DNA of 64,000 bases from Planctomycetota bacterium (lineage in GTDB: Bacteria > Planctomycetota > UBA1135 > UBA2386). Within the stretch, counting starts at the first letter, position 1; each line of letters opens with the position of its first letter. Positions 60,601 through 64,000 of the stretch are shown here, one piece after another. The DNA is taken from assembly GCA_965223545.1 (NCBI GenBank), contig OZ245006.1, forward strand, positions 8,001,703-8,065,702, written 5' to 3'. The translations under genes were made by a program, and so were the position numbers. The notes beneath the pieces were generated by a model. That model was not told where the DNA came from. It ran no database searches and was given only the letters and a program-made list of their open reading frames with translations.

Positions 60601-62313
60601 GTGAACGAGCACGCCAACGAGCCCGCCGCCGCCGCTGGCGAGGCCGAGAGCAAGGTTCCGACTCCTGCCGCGCCGCCCGCCGCAGCAGCGGCTACCCCGG
60701 CCGCTCCCGCGGAAGCTGCCGGCGCCGCCGAGGGCGCGCCGGCGCCGCCATCCGAGGGTGCCGCGGGACCGGCGCCTGCCGGTCTCGCGGAGGCGGAAGA
60801 CGGCGGGGCGAAGAAGCGTCGCCGCCGACGCCGCAAGCGCAAGGCGGACGGTGAGGCCAAGCCCGGCGCCGGGCCGGAGCGCCGGCCGCGCGGCGACCGT
60901 CGCCGGCGCGGTGGTGGTGGCGGACGGGCGAGTTCGGAGCACCACGCGCTCACCGCGGTGCGCTCGCTGTCGACGATGGCGCAGGGCTTGCTGCAGATCG
61001 AGGGGGTCGACTTCCTGTCGATGCCGCGGTTCGTCGACGTGCAGCTGCGCATTCCGATCGATGCCCAGCGCGACGGCGCCAAGGCCGCCAGCCAAGCAGT
61101 GGAGCAGATCCTGCGGCGGGTCAAGGAGGTGCGCGACCACGACCGCGCGCTGGTGCCCGGTGCGGTGTACAGCTACCACAGCGAGACCGCGGACGCGGAA
61201 GCGTGCCGGCCACCGAACCCGCGCGACGTGTTCGACGGCTACGGCAGCACGGGACGGCCGAACTTCACCGACTTCGTCACCATGGCGATCGAGCGCAAGG
61301 ACGACGGCATCGACGAGCTGTTGGCGGGAGGTGACGTGGTGTTGACGCACGTCACCGCCGGCCGCGTGCTGCGCACGGCGCAGCTGGCGGAGTTCGGCAA
61401 GTCGTCGCCGGTGTACCGCATTCTCGGCCAGGTCGACGCCGGCCTGTACCCGTTGCTCAACAGCGACGCGCGCGCGGCGTTCTCGTTTCAACTGTTGCTT
61501 GGCAGCACGCTGGAGGGACGGCCGCGGCTGCGCGTGCACCCGGTGGGGAACGCCGACGTGCTCGACGTCGCCGACCCGAGTGTGCCGCAGATCCTGTCGG
61601 GCTTTCAGCGCAAGCTCGACCAGGAGTCGCTGCGCTTGGCGGGGGAGCAGGCCAATGGCGACGAGACCGACCCCGAGGAGTTTGCCATGCCGTTGCTGCA
61701 GGAGCTCGCGCGCCAGCTGGTCGGGCGCTCGCGGCGCCGCAGTCGCCGCACCAAGCACGCCGACGAGCGCACCCAGCAGGGCCAGCGGCCGACCAGCAAG
61801 GCGTACGAAGACGCGTCCGGGGCGAACGACGAGCACCTCCTGTGGGACGACCGCGAAAACACCGTGGTCGTGCTCGGCGGGCGCGGCCGCGTGCACGTGT
61901 TCTCGCCGGAGGCCAAGCACGTCACCAGCTTGGTGATGCAGGGCTCGGCGGTGAACAAGCGGCGGCAGCAGGGACAGTGGCGGCCGGCCGAGCCGGAGGA
62001 GCGCGGCGAGTTCCGCATCGCGTTGCAGCAGCAACGCCGCATTCACGAGGCCGAAGTGGCCAGCGCACCGGAGCCCGCAGCTGCCGCGGCAACGCCCCCA
62101 GCGCCGCCGCCGCCCGCCGGGCAGGCTACCGAAGCGGCGGCTCCGGGCGTTCCGCCGGCGACGACGGTGCCTTCGATGGCTGCGGAAGTGACCCCTGCAG
62201 TGCCGCCGCCGGAGCCTCCGGCGACGGAGCAGGACGCTGGCGTTGATGCCCCGAAACCGACTGAGTCAGAGCAGGGCGGTGATGGTGGCGAAGTAGATCA
62301 GAGCGCCGGATAG
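60601..62313 (+). CDS. Hypothetical protein with low-complexity termini and globular core
   Basis: Long GC3-biased ORF; Ala/Pro-rich ends, basic KKRRRRRRKRK patch. Confidence 0.75.
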   Translation: MNEHANEPAAAAGEAESKVPTPAAPPAAAAATPAAPAEAAGAAEGAPAPPSEGAAGPAPAGLAEAEDGGAKKRRRRRRKRKADGEAKPGAGPERRPRGDRRRRGGGGGRASSEHHALTAVRSLSTMAQGLLQIEGVDFLSMPRFVDVQLRIPIDAQRDGAKAASQAVEQILRRVKEVRDHDRALVPGAVYSYHSETADAEACRPPNPRDVFDGYGSTGRPNFTDFVTMAIERKDDGIDELLAGGDVVLTHVTAGRVLRTAQLAEFGKSSPVYRILGQVDAGLYPLLNSDARAAFSFQLLLGSTLEGRPRLRVHPVGNADVLDVADPSVPQILSGFQRKLDQESLRLAGEQANGDETDPEEFAMPLLQELARQLVGRSRRRSRRTKHADERTQQGQRPTSKAYEDASGANDEHLLWDDRENTVVVLGGRGRVHVFSPEAKHVTSLVMQGSAVNKRRQQGQWRPAEPEERGEFRIALQQQRRIHEAEVASAPEPAAAAATPPAPPPPAGQATEAAAPGVPPATTVPSMAAEVTPAVPPPEPPATEQDAGVDAPKPTESEQGGDGGEVDQSAG

Positions 62314-63630
62314 GTCTGCGAGCGTTGCCAGCGCGGGGTGGGCAACCATCGAGGGGTCGCGGCCGACGCCGGCGACGCCGAGCGGGATCAGTGCGCCGAG
62401 CACGGCGGCGGTGACCACGTGCAGCGCCATCGCCAGGCCGACCGCGGCGCTGGTGTGCAGGGGCGTTGCCATGTCGCCTGCGCTGTGGCCCTGCCAGAGC
62501 AGGTAGGCCTCGCACGCGGCGATCGCACTGAGCACTGCGGCGATGCAGATGCTGATGCGCAGCTCCTTCCACAGCACCTGGCCGACGGCGGCCGGCGTCA
62601 GCTCGTGCCGAAGCCCCAAGATCACCGCCGTCGAGGCCTGGTTGCCGACGTTGCCGCCGGTGGCCAGGATCATCGGCAGCAGGGCGTACACCACCCCCCG
62701 CGCCTGGTCTTCGAAGTGCTGCACCACGCTGCTGATGGCGACGAAGCTCACGGCGAGCACGGTCAGCACCGGCACGCGCCGGCGCACCTGCGCCAACACC
62801 GCGGCGTCGAGATAGCCCTCGGCATCGTCCTCGCCGGCGATGCCGGCCATCAGTTCGAGGTCTTCCTCGGCCGCTTCTTCCTGCACGTCGGCGGCGTCGT
62901 CGTGCGTGAAGATGCCGAGCAGCCGCCCGCTCTCGTCGATGACCGGCACCGCCAGCAGGTCGTACTCGCGGATGGTGCGCGCCGCGTCCTCCTGCAGGTC
63001 GGTCGCTTGCACGCAGACGACCTGCTTGTTCATCAGGGTGGCGACCAGCTCCTCGTCGGCGGCCATGATGAGGCGGCGCAACGACACGAAGCCAACCAGT
63101 CGCTGCTCTGGGTCGACGACGAAACTGTAGTAGATGGTCTCGCGGGTCGGTGCCTGCCGGCGGATCTCGCGCAGCGCCGCCGCCGCCGTCAGCTTCGGGT
63201 CCAGTACCGAGAACTCGGTCGACAGGATCGCACCGACTTGGTCGTCCTCGAATCGATCGCGGCGGATCAGATCCTCCCGCACCGCCCGGGTCAGCAACGG
63301 CATCAGCCGTGCCGCCAGGTCCTCGGGCAGCTCGTCGATGAACTCGGCGCGGTCGTCGGAGGCGAGCACCGCCAACAGCTGCTTCAACCGTTCGGGGCCC
63401 GAATCCGTGGCGATCGCCAGCCGCGCCTCGGCGTCGAAGTAGTCGAACAGATCCCGCTCGAGCTCGATCGGCAGCAGCGCCAGCGCGGCGATCAGCGCCG
63501 GGCGCTCCAGCCCGGCGAGCATCTCGGCCGCGTCGTGCGGGTGCAGATCCCGCACGACCTGCTCCAGGTCCGCGGCCCGCTGTCCCTCGACCAGCTCGAG
63601 GATCTCGGGGTTGAGGAGGCGGTGCCGCAT
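62266..63630 (-). CDS. mgtE: Magnesium transporter MgtE
   Basis: RETIYYSFVVD, CBS pair, YDLLAVPV, GGNVGNQAS, DPSMVAHP..ATLAD. Confidence 0.95.
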   Translation of the reverse strand: MRHRLLNPEILELVEGQRAADLEQVVRDLHPHDAAEMLAGLERPALIAALALLPIELERDLFDYFDAEARLAIATDSGPERLKQLLAVLASDDRAEFIDELPEDLAARLMPLLTRAVREDLIRRDRFEDDQVGAILSTEFSVLDPKLTAAAALREIRRQAPTRETIYYSFVVDPEQRLVGFVSLRRLIMAADEELVATLMNKQVVCVQATDLQEDAARTIREYDLLAVPVIDESGRLLGIFTHDDAADVQEEAAEEDLELMAGIAGEDDAEGYLDAAVLAQVRRRVPVLTVLAVSFVAISSVVQHFEDQARGVVYALLPMILATGGNVGNQASTAVILGLRHELTPAAVGQVLWKELRISICIAAVLSAIAACEAYLLWQGHSAGDMATPLHTSAAVGLAMALHVVTAAVLGALIPLGVAGVGRDPSMVAHPALATLADLSGALIYFATITALL

Positions 63631-63782
63631 GCTGCGCAGAGGCTTAATCGCTGGCCGCGCCGGCGAAAAGCGCGAGGCCGATCGAAAAGCCGGTTGTGCC
63701 TCGGCGCGCTGTTGACCGCGGTGGGGGATGGGGCTAGGTTTCCGCGCCCGGTGCGCGCCCCGTGGCGCTGCACCACAAAGGT

Positions 63783-63859
63783 CGGGGCGTGGCTCAGCCT
63801 GGTAGAGCGCTGCGTTCGGGACGCAGAGGTCGCTGGTTCAAATCCAGTCGCCCCGACCA
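63783..63859 (+). tRNA. tRNA-Pro(CGG)
   Basis: CGGGGCG..GCTCAGCCTGG..CTGCG-TTCGGGA-CGCAG..GGTTCAAATCC..CGCCCCG-ACCA. Confidence 0.97.
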
Positions 63860-63970
63860 GTTCTATCCTCTCATGTCACCGGGACTTCGGTCTTGAGAGC
63901 GATGGTCGCTCGCGTGGTTCATGACTACCCGGCACTACCCAAATGCCGATGAAGGGAGTCACGATCCACC

Positions 63971-64000
63971 ATGAGCAAGCCGAGCACGCGAGTGCCGCGC
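63971..64000 (+). CDS. Start of an ORF after tRNA-Pro, possibly a tyrosine integrase (truncated)
   Basis: MSKPSTRVPR after AAGGGAG; only 10 codons visible. Confidence 0.35.
   Translation, partial: MSKPSTRVPR

Overview
High-GC bacterial chromosomal window; the gene content (DUF1570-type, HEAT-repeat and carboxypeptidase-regulatory-like exported proteins) suggests Planctomycetota, by inference only. It holds the end of an exopolysaccharide export operon (wza, wzc, PHP phosphatase, O-antigen-ligase-like), lipid and CoA genes, comEC, coaD, an orphan MCP, an MglA-like GTPase fused to a histidine kinase, a BlaI/M56 pair with tandem operator and 156-bp repeats, an orphan C-A-PCP NRPS module, slyD, a REP-associated-type HUH (Y1) transposase with structured flanks, three tRNAs, cystathionine beta-synthase and mgtE. 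The standout is two apparently identical 1940-bp IS110-family elements (10044-11983 minus, 48245-50184 plus). Both sit at the same base of a ~200-bp mosaic repeat family whose empty copies lie at 12003-12402. The 374-bp non-coding left end folds into stem-loops whose loops match both halves of the target (GCCGCAA and TTTGGTT) and the element's own right end (TTAGGAGAT), i.e. a readable candidate bridge RNA. Joining the ends creates a TTGACA-N17-TATGTG promoter. The recombinase has Thr where the family's catalytic Ser is expected, and no core dinucleotide is perfectly duplicated. All alignments and folds were done by eye.
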